From Lysobacterales bacterium (GTDB lineage Bacteria; Pseudomonadota; Gammaproteobacteria; Xanthomonadales; SZUA-36), in NCBI GenBank assembly GCA_013042835.1, contig JABDPJ010000197.1:1-54260 (forward strand): a stretch of DNA of 54,260 nucleotides, written 5' to 3'. A program made the position numbers and the translations under genes. Positions 1 through 9,594 of this stretch are shown one piece after another. The notes under the pieces are model-generated. The model was given only the letters and a program-made list of their open reading frames with translations. It did not search any database and was not told the DNA's origin. Every line of letters starts with the position of its first letter. Position 1 is the stretch's first letter.

Positions 1-59
1 CACATCCAGACCGTCTTAACGGGGCCGGCCTCACAGGACATCCTGTCCTGGGCGGCCTG

Positions 60-80
60 AAATGGGCATCCCGCCCATTT
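60..80 (+). terminator. Candidate stem-loop AAATGGGC-atccc-GCCCATTT immediately after an in-frame TGA (58-60); possible terminator of a gene whose last ~19 codons (frame 1, ...HIQTVLTGPASQDILSWAA*) enter the window
   Basis: Perfect 8-bp inverted repeat 60-67/73-80 with a 5-nt loop, read directly. The upstream partial reading frame is open from nt 1 to TGA 58-60. There is no clear U-tract beyond the TTT inside the stem. Confidence 0.3.
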
Positions 81-187
81 CTCCCCTGACGGTCAGCCTG
101 TTCGGCGCTACGAGGTCACCCGAACAGGCAAACCATCGGGTGCCGGCAGGCAGCACTGGACTGGACCGTCCAGACAGGTCCCTTGAA

Positions 188-736
188 TCAGCCGAGCAAC
201 AGTTTGCAGAAGAACACAGCGGCCAATGCACCTACCGCATCGGCGGTCAGACCGGCCGCGAGCGCGTGGCGGCTGCGGGTGATGCCGACTGAGCCAAAAT
301 AGACAGCCAGCACATAGAAGGTGGTCTCGGAAGAGCCGAACATCGTCGCACCGATTTTGGCGTACATCGACTCGGCACCGTATTCATTGACCAGATCGGT
401 CAGGAGGCCCAGGGAGCCGCTTCCGGACAAAGGCCTCATCAGGGCCAGCGGCAGGTTCTCGGGCGGAAAACCAATAAGGTTAAGCACGGGCGCCAACAGA
501 TTCAGCAACAGGTCTAACGCACCGGAGGCCCGAAACATACCAACGGCAACAAGGATTGCCACCAGGTAGGGAATGATCCTGACCGCGATGGTGAAGCCGT
601 CTTTCGCACCTTCGACAAACACCTCGTAAACCTTGACCTTCTTGACACTGAGTGCGTAAAGCGGAATGCCCACCAGTAATAGCGGAATAATATACTTCGC
701 CGCCGCGTTCATGCCGCCGACCATAAACTCGATCAT
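188..736 (-). CDS. SpmB-like nucleoside-recognition (Gate) domain membrane protein
   Basis: I trimmed ORF 188..1174 to the internal ATG at 736 (MIEFMVGGMNAAAKYIIPLLLVG...). The upstream part of that ORF is an Arg/Gly/His-rich out-of-phase read-through of the spmA-like gene. ATG 736 overlaps the TGA of the upstream gene (ATGA). The protein is a hydrophobic polytopic sequence typical of SpmB/Gate-domain proteins. Confidence 0.8.
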   Translation of the reverse strand: MIEFMVGGMNAAAKYIIPLLLVGIPLYALSVKKVKVYEVFVEGAKDGFTIAVRIIPYLVAILVAVGMFRASGALDLLLNLLAPVLNLIGFPPENLPLALMRPLSGSGSLGLLTDLVNEYGAESMYAKIGATMFGSSETTFYVLAVYFGSVGITRSRHALAAGLTADAVGALAAVFFCKLLLG

Positions 737-1323
737 GACGCGTCCTCCACTGAGAACCGCTTCATCTTTTCGAGTATCTTGACCATGACGATGGCGGCAA
801 TTGTCGACGCCAGCGTGGCCAGGATGGTGGTGAGGAAAATCTGGCTGGCCGTTGCGCCCATCAGAGCGACCACGGTCGCGGGAACGATAAGTTGCACGCT
901 GGACGTATTGATGGCCAGGAACATGACCATGGAGTTGGTCGCGGTATCTTTCTTCGGATTCAGTTCCTGCAATTCCTCCATGGCCTTGAGACCCAGGGGC
1001 GTTGCCGCGTTGCCAAGGCCCAGCATGTTGGCTGCCATGTTCAGGACGATCGAACCTATTGCGGGATGATCCTCGGGCACATCCGGGAACAGGCGCACGG
1101 TAATGGGGTTCAACCCCCTGGCGATTATCCGTATCAATCCCGACGCCTCGGCAATTTTCATGATACCCAGCCACAGCGCCATAATGCCGATCAGTCCAAT
1201 GGATATTTCAACGGCTACCTTGGCCATGTTAATGGCGGCTTCAGTGACAGCTTCAATATTGCCGGTAAATATGCCGGCAATGACGCTGATGGCCATCATT
1301 CCAAACCAGATGTAGTTAAGCAT
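733..1323 (-). CDS. SpmA-like nucleoside-recognition (Gate) domain membrane protein
   Basis: 196-aa ORF, MLNYIWFGMMAISVIAGIFTG..., polytopic. It is paired with and translationally coupled to the SpmB-like gene, as in spmA-spmB pairs. Confidence 0.8.
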   Translation of the reverse strand: MLNYIWFGMMAISVIAGIFTGNIEAVTEAAINMAKVAVEISIGLIGIMALWLGIMKIAEASGLIRIIARGLNPITVRLFPDVPEDHPAIGSIVLNMAANMLGLGNAATPLGLKAMEELQELNPKKDTATNSMVMFLAINTSSVQLIVPATVVALMGATASQIFLTTILATLASTIAAIVMVKILEKMKRFSVEDAS

Positions 1324-1356
1324 TTTTTGTCCTCATGCCCCCGAACTGCCCGCCCG

Positions 1357-2295
1357 TCAACTGACCGGTGACTCCGGGATTAAGATGAAGGATTCGTCGT
1401 CGCCGGAATGAACCTCGATTTCATGCGCAATCGGCAACGTCGCCTGGTAGTCGCCGTGACCACAGGGGAAATTACTGATGATGGGGATGTCCAGGTCGCC
1501 GCAAACATCCAGCACGATTTCATCCGTGGTCTTGCCAAAGGGTGTCTTGCTATCACCCATTTCCAGCATCTCGCCAATCACGAGCCCCCGTATGTGATCC
1601 AGGCTGCCACTGCGTTTGTGGTGTAGCATCATGCGCTCGAAGGCATACAGTTTTTCATCGATATCTTCCAGCAACAGGATCGAACCGCTGGTATCAATCT
1701 GGTCGGCGGTACCCAGTCGCTCTATAACCAGCGTCAGGTTGCCGCCCCACAATGGACCTTTCGCAATCCCGGGTTTGAGACTACGGGCCGGGCAGCCTGG
1801 TGCTGAAGCAACCCTGATTTTTTTTTCACCGGATAAAACCGCCTGGAAGGTATCCAGGTTGTATTGCATTGTCTGTTTCCCAAAAGTGCTCAGCATCGGC
1901 CCGTGAAAACTGATCAGCCCTGAGCGTTGCGCAAAGGAATTCAAAAAGCCCGTGATATCGCTGTAACCGACGAAAATTTTCGGGTTGTCGCGAATGACGC
2001 CGTAATCCAGTAACGGTAAAACGCGGTTACCCCCATAGCCTCCCCGCGCACAGATAATGGCTTCGACCGACGGCTCCGTGAACATGGCCATGATGTCTTG
2101 GGCACGCTCTTGAGGTGTGCCGGCGAATTGGCCCTGTTCCAGTGCGGCACTGTTGCCCAGCAACAATTCGTAGCCCAGCTCCTGGAAAACTTTCACAGCC
2201 CGCTGCATGCGTTCAGATTCCAGCCAATAGGCCGGATTGACGATCCCGATCCTGGCGCCTGCCCTCAGTCTGCGTGGTTTGATCAGCTCTGTCAT
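1357..2295 (-). CDS. ldcA: LD-carboxypeptidase (muramoyltetrapeptide carboxypeptidase, peptidase S66)
   Basis: 312 aa. It has the S66 signature with nucleophile context FVGYSDITGF, a C-terminal acidic/His pair region (LLLEDIDE ... FPCGHG), and no signal peptide. Confidence 0.85.
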   Translation of the reverse strand: MTELIKPRRLRAGARIGIVNPAYWLESERMQRAVKVFQELGYELLLGNSAALEQGQFAGTPQERAQDIMAMFTEPSVEAIICARGGYGGNRVLPLLDYGVIRDNPKIFVGYSDITGFLNSFAQRSGLISFHGPMLSTFGKQTMQYNLDTFQAVLSGEKKIRVASAPGCPARSLKPGIAKGPLWGGNLTLVIERLGTADQIDTSGSILLLEDIDEKLYAFERMMLHHKRSGSLDHIRGLVIGEMLEMGDSKTPFGKTTDEIVLDVCGDLDIPIISNFPCGHGDYQATLPIAHEIEVHSGDDESFILIPESPVS

Positions 2296-2501
2296 GCGGA
2301 AAATTCTCTTATTGTTCCGGTATGGAATAACCGATTGCAGTGATTATGCTACACCTTTAGAATAATTTATTCCTCTCACTTCCAGGCGCTTCAGTTCATG
2401 TTAAGACTTCACCATGAATCGCTTTCTCCGGCAATTCCAAGCCTGCCGGTCATGCTGGCTGTTGCGCCGTGGCGACAGTATCTCACACGGTCACACGGTT
2501 G

Positions 2502-3908
2502 ATGCGAATCGCACGCTTCATTTTATGCGCTTTGTTTTTCTACGTCTGCAACGCGGACGGTTTTCAACGCGCGGATAACAGGCAAACCGCTGCCTGGTCC
2601 ACTGATGTCATCGGGATCACTGAAATGCATTTGTCAGAAAACTACTGGATAGAACGAATTGAAAATGCCGGGCAGGTTCTGAAAAGCCAGCAGGAGATCG
2701 CAGCCTTCAACGAACAGTTGTTTGCCACTGATCCACACATGGTGAAACTGGCTGAGTTTCCGGAAACCCTGGCCCGTGAGCAGGTCACCGGGCAGATCCT
2801 GGCAATCAGCAAACCGCATAAAGCCGATCTTTTCGACCCTGCCGGACAACGACTTGGGGCAGAAGGTTATGCCGGCTACGCGGCAAACCTTGGATGGGAG
2901 AATATCCCCGCTTCAACGCAGGTCCGCTTCGCGCTGACCGTGGAGCGCACCGATATGCGCACCTGGCCAACGGATGACCGCTGGTACCGTGAGCAGGAAG
3001 AGCAAAAGCAGAACCTGGACCGGTTCCAGGAGAACGGCTTGTTCCCGGGTGACGCGCTGGCTGTCCTGCATACCAGTGCAGACGGAGAGTGGTCTTTCGT
3101 GCAGTCTTACAACTATGCGGCCTGGGTAAGAAACGCCTTTATTGCGACCGGTGAACGTGACCTGGTTCTAAACTACAAATTGGCCAAAAACTTTCTCGCC
3201 GTCACCGGCGACAAGGTATGGACTGCATTCAACACCGGGGTCCCTGCCCTGTCGGAACTTCAACTCGATATGGGCATCCGCGTTCCGCTGGCGGATGTCA
3301 ATCGCCTGAATAACGACCTGTATGGCCAGAACCCGTACACGAGCCATGCAGTCCAGTTGCCGGTACGAGACCCGCAAGGCAAACTGGCAATCAAACCCGC
3401 GTTAATTCCCCGCAACGAGGACGTCAGGCGCGGCTACCTGCCCTTCACCCGCGAGAACATCATTCGCCAGGCATTCAAATTCCTCGGTGAACGTTACGGT
3501 TGGGGACACTCGAACAATGCTCGTGACTGTACGGGTTTCGTGATGGAAGTCTACAAGTCTTTCGGCATCCTTATGCCCCGCAATACAGGGCAACAGGGCT
3601 CGGGCGACTTTGGAGAAAACACGCGCTTCACCGCTGAAAGCACCCGTGAAGAAAAATTGAAGGCGCTTGAGAGCATGGATATCGGCGACCTGATCTACGT
3701 ACCCGGCCACGTGCTGATGTACATCGGCGACGTCGATGGCCGGCCCTACGTGATCCACGATGTATCGATATTCCGGTACACCGATGAAGACGGTGAGTAC
3801 TATGAAGGCACGCTTAACAGCGTCTCGGTAACACCGCTACTGCCGTTGCATGGAACGAGGGAATCGACCTACGTCGAGCTGATGTACAACATCAAGAGAA
3901 TCAGGTAA
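2502..3908 (+). CDS. Secreted SH3b-NlpC/P60 (C40) cell-wall endopeptidase, YkfC/gamma-D-Glu-diamino-acid endopeptidase-like
   Basis: ORF 2469..3908. The likely start is ATG 2502, giving the signal peptide MRIARFILCALFFYVCNA. The C-terminal C40 catalytic motifs are NNARDCTGFVMEVY (Cys) and GHVLMYIG (His). The N-terminal two-thirds is consistent with SH3b-type domains. Confidence 0.8.
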   Translation: MRIARFILCALFFYVCNADGFQRADNRQTAAWSTDVIGITEMHLSENYWIERIENAGQVLKSQQEIAAFNEQLFATDPHMVKLAEFPETLAREQVTGQILAISKPHKADLFDPAGQRLGAEGYAGYAANLGWENIPASTQVRFALTVERTDMRTWPTDDRWYREQEEQKQNLDRFQENGLFPGDALAVLHTSADGEWSFVQSYNYAAWVRNAFIATGERDLVLNYKLAKNFLAVTGDKVWTAFNTGVPALSELQLDMGIRVPLADVNRLNNDLYGQNPYTSHAVQLPVRDPQGKLAIKPALIPRNEDVRRGYLPFTRENIIRQAFKFLGERYGWGHSNNARDCTGFVMEVYKSFGILMPRNTGQQGSGDFGENTRFTAESTREEKLKALESMDIGDLIYVPGHVLMYIGDVDGRPYVIHDVSIFRYTDEDGEYYEGTLNSVSVTPLLPLHGTRESTYVELMYNIKRIR

Positions 3909-3950
3909 CACGCGCCTCCTGATTTTCAGGCCCTGGCTGCCTGGCAACCG

Positions 3951-5036
3951 CTATCGATGCACCAGCGGAACGCGTCCCGTCAAACCGGCCAGTATCTCGT
4001 AGCTGATTGTCCCGGCGGCGGCGGCGATCTCATTCACCGGGAGGTTTTCACCCCAAAGCTCCACCGGATCACCAATTTCAACTCCCGGCGTGTCGGTAAG
4101 GTCAACACCGATCGCATCCATCGATACCCTGCCGGTCAACGGTACCCGCTGGCCGTTTACCAGCACCGGCGTGCCGCTCGGGGCGTGGCGGGGATAGCCG
4201 TCACCGTAACCGATGGCGACGGTGCCGATTTTTGAGGGCCGCTCCGCCGTCCAGTCAAGGCCGTAACCGACGCCCTCACCAGGCGCCACATCTCTGACCG
4301 CGATGATTTCTGACTGCATGGTCATGGCAGCTTGCAAACCATCAGCAGAATCGCCAGGCGTAGCTGTCGGGCTACTGCCATACAGCATGATGCCCGGCCT
4401 GTTCCAGGCGGCATGGCTTTGCGGCCAGTGCAATATGCCCGCCGAATTGGCGATACTGAGCGGCACTTCCAACGAATTGCCAAAGCGCCTGATAATCTGC
4501 ACCTGCTGGTCTGTAAACGGCCTATCCAACTCGTCCGCGCAAGCCAGGTGGGTGCATAGAACCGGCTGCCCCCGGACATTGGCTGATGAATCCAGGCGCC
4601 GGTAAATATCATCCATGTCGACAACGGCGACGCCAAGACGATGCATGCCGGTATCCAGCTTGATCCAGACGTTAACGGGTGTTTGAAGCTTTAGCGACAA
4701 CAGGGTTTCCACCTGCTGCGACTGATGCAGCATCAGCCAGAAGTTCTCAGCGGCGGCCAGTTCGAACTCCGCCGGCTCTTTGACACCCTGCATGACAAGA
4801 ACCGGTGCCTGGATACCGGCCTGCCGCAATTCGACGGCCTCGTCAATCAAGGCAACGGCGAAGGCCGGGGCGATGGATTCCAGCCTGCGCGCAACCGCCA
4901 CCATGCCATGCCCGTATGCATTGGCCTTGATAACGGCCATGCTCTGTGATCCGGGCGCCCTGCGACACGCCAGGCGGTAGTTTTCGGCAATCGCATCAAG
5001 CCTTACCGTTGCGCAGGTTGGACGCATCAGCCGCAA
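3951..5036 (-). CDS. alr: Alanine racemase
   Basis: 361 aa with the PLP-lysine motif AVIKANAYGHG near the N-terminus, and typical length and C-terminal beta-domain. The start may be the internal ATG at 5027 (MRPTCATVRLDAI...). Confidence 0.9.
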   Translation of the reverse strand: MRLMRPTCATVRLDAIAENYRLACRRAPGSQSMAVIKANAYGHGMVAVARRLESIAPAFAVALIDEAVELRQAGIQAPVLVMQGVKEPAEFELAAAENFWLMLHQSQQVETLLSLKLQTPVNVWIKLDTGMHRLGVAVVDMDDIYRRLDSSANVRGQPVLCTHLACADELDRPFTDQQVQIIRRFGNSLEVPLSIANSAGILHWPQSHAAWNRPGIMLYGSSPTATPGDSADGLQAAMTMQSEIIAVRDVAPGEGVGYGLDWTAERPSKIGTVAIGYGDGYPRHAPSGTPVLVNGQRVPLTGRVSMDAIGVDLTDTPGVEIGDPVELWGENLPVNEIAAAAGTISYEILAGLTGRVPLVHR

Positions 5037-5073
5037 TGCCCCGTCACCATCGCTGAATCAGAGTTCTTCATCA

Positions 5074-6717
5074 TCATTCCACCCGCTCGAAATCCAGATC
5101 CTCGAAATCATAGTCACCGCGATCAAGTTTCGACATCGTCATTCCGCTGACCTCGCCATCCTCATTCGTTTCGAATTGGATATAGGCATCAGCCTCCAGG
5201 GAACGGTCAATCCAGCGGATGATGAATTGCCGGCCCTCGTAGTGCGTCAGGGGGCCGAGCAGCTTGGGGGACTTTTCCGCTGCAAACATCAAGCGGCGAT
5301 CCTCCAGCCGGATAATGACATCGCCGAACCACGGATCCCGGTAACGGCCGGCTAACAACGACAGATCCGGCATGCGACAAGGCGTGCACGGCTGCTCGGA
5401 TTCAGTGGCTTTTTCAAGCTCCTGCCGTTGCTTTTCGGCTTCCCGCTCCAGCGCGATTTCGTCGATCTCCATTTGCACCCAATCCACCTGCTCAACCGGC
5501 ATAAACGACCGCACGATGCTGTTCATGACCGAACGGCGCGCCGCGGAACCGGCGCCGTTGCTCAGGTACACCACGCCCAATTCCAGTTCTGGAATCAAAA
5601 CGACATACGATCTCATTCCAGCCAGCGTACCGGTATGCGAGACCTCCAAAAAGCCATGCACATCGGTCAGCCGCCAACCCAGTCCATAGGCGCTGAAATG
5701 GGTACGATTTAACTCGTAAGCCCGTTCACTGACCCCCCTCAGCGTGCGTGGCTTCCACATTTCCCGGCCCTGCCGGGCGCTGTAAAGCTCGACACCGTCC
5801 GGCGTGGTGCCATTGTTCAACTGTGTTCGCACCCAGGTCAGCATGTCGCCCAGGCTGCAGATAACCCCACCCGCTGCAGCAGATATCGGCGGTTGCCGTG
5901 GTATACGGCCCCGCTCGATCACGGACAGACGGCCCTCGATCACGCCGTGCGGAGTCGCGATATTGCGCATCGCTTTCGCTGGAATCCTGTCAGCAAAGCA
6001 GTGTTTCATCCCGGCCGGGCGCATGATATTGCTTTCCAGGTACTCACCCCAGGATTTGCCGCTGACTCTTGGAATGATCTCGCCGGCAACAATGTACAGC
6101 AGGTTGTCATAAGCATAACCGCTGCGAAAACCACTGACTGGCTCGAAATACCGCAGCGCATGGATGACATCCGCCTGCGTGAAAGAATTGGGTTCCGGCC
6201 AAAGCAACATGTCACCCTTGAATGGCGCCAGGCCGCTGCGATGGGTGAGCAGATCGGTCACGGTGAAGCCCGCGGTTACCCATGGATCATGCATACGGAA
6301 CTCGGGGATATAGTCGATGACCAGACCGTCCCAGGCAATTTTCCCTTCATCGACCAGGGTGGCCAGCGCCGCCGCTGTAAAGGCCTTGCTGTTCGATGCA
6401 ATTTTGAACAGGGTGTCCGTGTCAATAAGGGCTTTTTTGCCGACTTCACGCAAACCGAAGCCCTTTGCAAACACCACCTGACCATCCTTGACGATACCAA
6501 TGGCCATTCCCGGCACTGCAAATTCCGACATCGCCCGCCCGGCCAGTTCACCGATTGCGGCATCACCTATCCCGTCACGCTGCAATGCCGGGGCCAGCGG
6601 ACTTGACAGCAGGCAAACCAGGAAGGCCGCCAGAGCCGTGATACGCGACATACCGCATTGCTTTTTCAGACGTTTAAACACGGACAGGCCCGCTAGGCTG
6701 GCAGACAGATGTTTCAT
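5074..6717 (-). CDS. Secreted beta-lactamase-fold serine hydrolase (class C/D-aminopeptidase-like) with C-terminal DUF3471-type domain
   Basis: The motifs are SxxK (ASNSKAF), YxN (YAYDN) and an HTG triad (SHTGTLAG). Start 6717 (MKHLSASLAG...) is preceded by AGGA 7 nt upstream and avoids overlap with the NhaC-like gene. An alternative start is at 6651. A hydrophobic signal-like segment ALAAFLVCLLSSPLAPA is present. Confidence 0.8.
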   Translation of the reverse strand: MKHLSASLAGLSVFKRLKKQCGMSRITALAAFLVCLLSSPLAPALQRDGIGDAAIGELAGRAMSEFAVPGMAIGIVKDGQVVFAKGFGLREVGKKALIDTDTLFKIASNSKAFTAAALATLVDEGKIAWDGLVIDYIPEFRMHDPWVTAGFTVTDLLTHRSGLAPFKGDMLLWPEPNSFTQADVIHALRYFEPVSGFRSGYAYDNLLYIVAGEIIPRVSGKSWGEYLESNIMRPAGMKHCFADRIPAKAMRNIATPHGVIEGRLSVIERGRIPRQPPISAAAGGVICSLGDMLTWVRTQLNNGTTPDGVELYSARQGREMWKPRTLRGVSERAYELNRTHFSAYGLGWRLTDVHGFLEVSHTGTLAGMRSYVVLIPELELGVVYLSNGAGSAARRSVMNSIVRSFMPVEQVDWVQMEIDEIALEREAEKQRQELEKATESEQPCTPCRMPDLSLLAGRYRDPWFGDVIIRLEDRRLMFAAEKSPKLLGPLTHYEGRQFIIRWIDRSLEADAYIQFETNEDGEVSGMTMSKLDRGDYDFEDLDFERVE

Positions 6718-6757
6718 GTGTGTATCCTGGAAAAATTTATCAACATGCGTAAGGAGT

Positions 6758-8134
6758 TTACAGGTAGATGAGGCCCACAATGGTGTACAAAACTATGGTA
6801 ATCCCGCCGGCCAGCAGCGCATAGGGCAACTGGGTCCTGACATGCTCCAGCAGGTCGCAACCCGAGGCGATGGAAGATACGGCGGTAGTATCGGAAATCG
6901 GCGAACAGTGATCACCGAAAATACCGCCACCAAGGATAGCCGCCAGCACCAGTGACGGCGGCAGCCCCAACGCCTGGATCAGGGGCACGCCGATAGGGAT
7001 CAAAATGGCAAAAGTTCCCCACGACGTGCCGGTGGAAAAGGAAATCAATGCGCCAGCGACAAACATCATCGGCACGATCAGGAATACCGGCAGGTATTCG
7101 CCCACCAGGCCTGCAATGAACACCCCGGTTCCCAGTTCCTTCAGGCTGGCGCCCAGCGCCAGTGAAAACAACACGATGGTAACCAGGGGCAATAATTCAC
7201 CCATCCCTTCAAAGCCGATTTTCACCAGCTTGACATGGGTGAAACCACCACTGTGCAGCATCATCACGTAAGCGACCAGGCTTGCCAGGGTGACAGAGTA
7301 AAGCACCGATTTTGAGCCGCTGCCATTGGCCATGACGCCACCACCCGTCCAGAGCATGAAACCGACCATACCGGCTACCATGACGAAAAGCGGCACGAAC
7401 ATGAATGAAGGATGCGTGGCGTCCACGGGCAGGTCCTCGGCGCTGTCCTCATGCTTCAGACTGGCGCTGGTCGCCAGCGGACCGAAATACCTGCCGCTCC
7501 AGGCTGTAAAGAACACGATCACCAGCGTCACGAGCGCATAAAAATTCAGCGGCAGCGTGCCCCACAATATCTGTGCCGCGGGCCTTTCCAGTTCATAGGT
7601 CCCCAGCAAGGCCAGGATATAGGCGCCCCAGGCGTTTAACAGGATCAGGATGCAAATCGGTGCGGATGTGCTGTCGATAAAATACGCCAGCTTCGCCCGG
7701 CTCATGCCGAAGCGGTCAAACAATCCGCGTGACAGGATGCCCGCGGTCAGCACGCTGAGGTTGGATTCCACGAACACTGCTACACCCACGCCACTGGTCA
7801 GTAGCGCCGTCTGCCGCTGGTTGCGGGCGATTCCGCGGTTGATGACGGAATTGACCATGGCCGTGACCCCGCCCGACTGGCGAATGTATGCCAGCAGTGC
7901 ACCGATCATCAGGCTGAAAACCAGTATGCGGGCATTGTCCCGGTCTTCCAGCACGGCAACGATTCTCTCCAGCGTGGCAAGCCCGCCCAATGGCACGCCT
8001 GATACCAATGATGTTTGCTGCAGCAGTTCCGCGGTAAAAATGGAAAGGAACAGCGCCAGGATTACCTCCCGCTTCCACAAAACGACGGCGATGGCGACAA
8101 TCGGAGGTAATACGGACAGCCATTGGGAGGTCAT
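6758..8134 (-). CDS. NhaC-family Na+/H+ antiporter-like transporter
   Basis: 458 aa and highly hydrophobic with about 11-12 predicted TM helices. The N-terminus WLSVLPPIVAIAVVLWKREV and overall layout resemble NhaC/YuiF-type transporters. Confidence 0.7.
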   Translation of the reverse strand: MTSQWLSVLPPIVAIAVVLWKREVILALFLSIFTAELLQQTSLVSGVPLGGLATLERIVAVLEDRDNARILVFSLMIGALLAYIRQSGGVTAMVNSVINRGIARNQRQTALLTSGVGVAVFVESNLSVLTAGILSRGLFDRFGMSRAKLAYFIDSTSAPICILILLNAWGAYILALLGTYELERPAAQILWGTLPLNFYALVTLVIVFFTAWSGRYFGPLATSASLKHEDSAEDLPVDATHPSFMFVPLFVMVAGMVGFMLWTGGGVMANGSGSKSVLYSVTLASLVAYVMMLHSGGFTHVKLVKIGFEGMGELLPLVTIVLFSLALGASLKELGTGVFIAGLVGEYLPVFLIVPMMFVAGALISFSTGTSWGTFAILIPIGVPLIQALGLPPSLVLAAILGGGIFGDHCSPISDTTAVSSIASGCDLLEHVRTQLPYALLAGGITIVLYTIVGLIYL

Positions 8135-8289
8135 GAATTACGGTAATCCTTGGTGCATTCGGGTGTTGTTTTTACCGGCAACCCGCCGAACATCGACGTC
8201 GCACGGTGAGGTTTTTAGTAATTATATATTCCTGCGAAACACGTCTATAATCATATATTATTTTTCCGGTCGCAGGCGAGATTAACAGC

Positions 8290-9549
8290 ATGGCATTTTT
8301 CGATTACCGTGAAGGCCGACTTCACGCTGAAGGCGTGTCGATAAACCATATTGCTGAACAGGTCCAGACACCGCTCTACTGCTATTCAAAAGCCGCTTTG
8401 CGACACAACTACCTTGCCTATGCCGGGCATTTCAATGCCGAAAACACGCTGATCTGCTATGCCGTCAAGGCCAATTCCAACCAGGCTGTTTTGCGCACGC
8501 TGGGCCAGTTGGGCGCGGGCGCCGACGTGGTGTCTGAAGGTGAGTTGAGGCGAGTCCTGCTGGCTGGCATACCGGCCGAAAGAATCGTGTATTCCGGCGT
8601 GGCCAAGACCGGCCGGGAGATGCGTTTTGCACTGGAACAGGACATTTTCCAGTTCAATGTCGAATCGGAGCCGGAACTGGAGTTGTTGAACGAAGTTGCC
8701 CTGTCCATGGGCAAACGGGCGCCGGTCGCGTTCCGGATAAACCCGGATATCGATGCCAGGACCCATGCAAAGATTTCCACCGGCAAGGCCAGCAACAAGT
8801 TCGGCATTCCCTGGACCAGGGCGCACCAGGCTTACGCGCGGGCCGCAGAGCTTTCCGGCATCCGCATCCAGGGTATTGATATTCACATAGGTTCTCAATT
8901 GACCCAGCTGGAACCGTTTGAGCAGGCGTTCATATGCGTCGCCGAACTGACGGCTGAGCTGCGGCAGCTTGGTCACGAGATATCCGTCATTGATATCGGT
9001 GGCGGCCTGGGAATCGACTACGGAGATGGCGCAGCACCGCCACCGGTACTGGCTGACTATGCCGCATTGGCCAAGCGAATACTCGGGCCGCTCGGTTGCA
9101 GGATCCTGGTCGAACCGGGCCGTTCAGTTGCCGGCAATACCGGCGTGCTGGTCTCACGCGTCATATACATAAAGGAAGGCGAACTGGATCGTTTTCTGAT
9201 CATTGACGCGGGCATGAATGACCTGCTGCGGCCCAGTTTATATGACGCCTATCACGAAATCGTACCCGTCACACAGAACGCCGGAGAGCCGCTGCACTAC
9301 CAGGTCGTCGGTCCCATTTGCGAGACCGGCGATACGTTTTCGCGCGACAGGATCCTGCCGTCCCTGCAGGCGGGTGAACTGGTGGCGATCAACAATGCCG
9401 GTGCATACGGCGCCGTGATGGCGTCCTCCTACAACACAAGGCCGCTGGTACCCGAGGTGCTGGTTGACGGGGAGCAGTTCACCGTTGTGCGGCCCCGGCC
9501 GGATTACGCGACCTTAATTGATATGGACACGCCGGACGGACCCGGGTGA
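8290..9549 (+). CDS. lysA: Diaminopimelate decarboxylase
   Basis: 419 aa with the PLP-lysine motif CYAVKANSN, a GGGLGI phosphate-binding loop and the VGPICETGD motif. The length is typical for LysA. Confidence 0.9.
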   Translation: MAFFDYREGRLHAEGVSINHIAEQVQTPLYCYSKAALRHNYLAYAGHFNAENTLICYAVKANSNQAVLRTLGQLGAGADVVSEGELRRVLLAGIPAERIVYSGVAKTGREMRFALEQDIFQFNVESEPELELLNEVALSMGKRAPVAFRINPDIDARTHAKISTGKASNKFGIPWTRAHQAYARAAELSGIRIQGIDIHIGSQLTQLEPFEQAFICVAELTAELRQLGHEISVIDIGGGLGIDYGDGAAPPPVLADYAALAKRILGPLGCRILVEPGRSVAGNTGVLVSRVIYIKEGELDRFLIIDAGMNDLLRPSLYDAYHEIVPVTQNAGEPLHYQVVGPICETGDTFSRDRILPSLQAGELVAINNAGAYGAVMASSYNTRPLVPEVLVDGEQFTVVRPRPDYATLIDMDTPDGPG

Positions 9550-9594
9550 CAACTGTATATCCGGTGTACCGGCCGAACGTGGCTGGCCGGAGTC

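Noticed and set aside
188-1174. Full 328-aa version of the spmB-like ORF
   Set aside because: The first 146 codons overlap the spmA-like gene in another frame and encode Arg/Gly/His-rich nonsense. The hydrophobic protein begins at Met 736, which is ATGA-coupled to spmA.
5893-6606. 237-aa plus-strand ORF, together with similar long antisense ORFs (7650-8285, 8386-8976, 13109-13642, 13531-14055, 34844-35653, 44567-45349)
   Set aside because: Each lies opposite a gene with strong family motifs, and none has motifs of its own. Long open antisense frames of this kind are expected in moderately GC-rich DNA.
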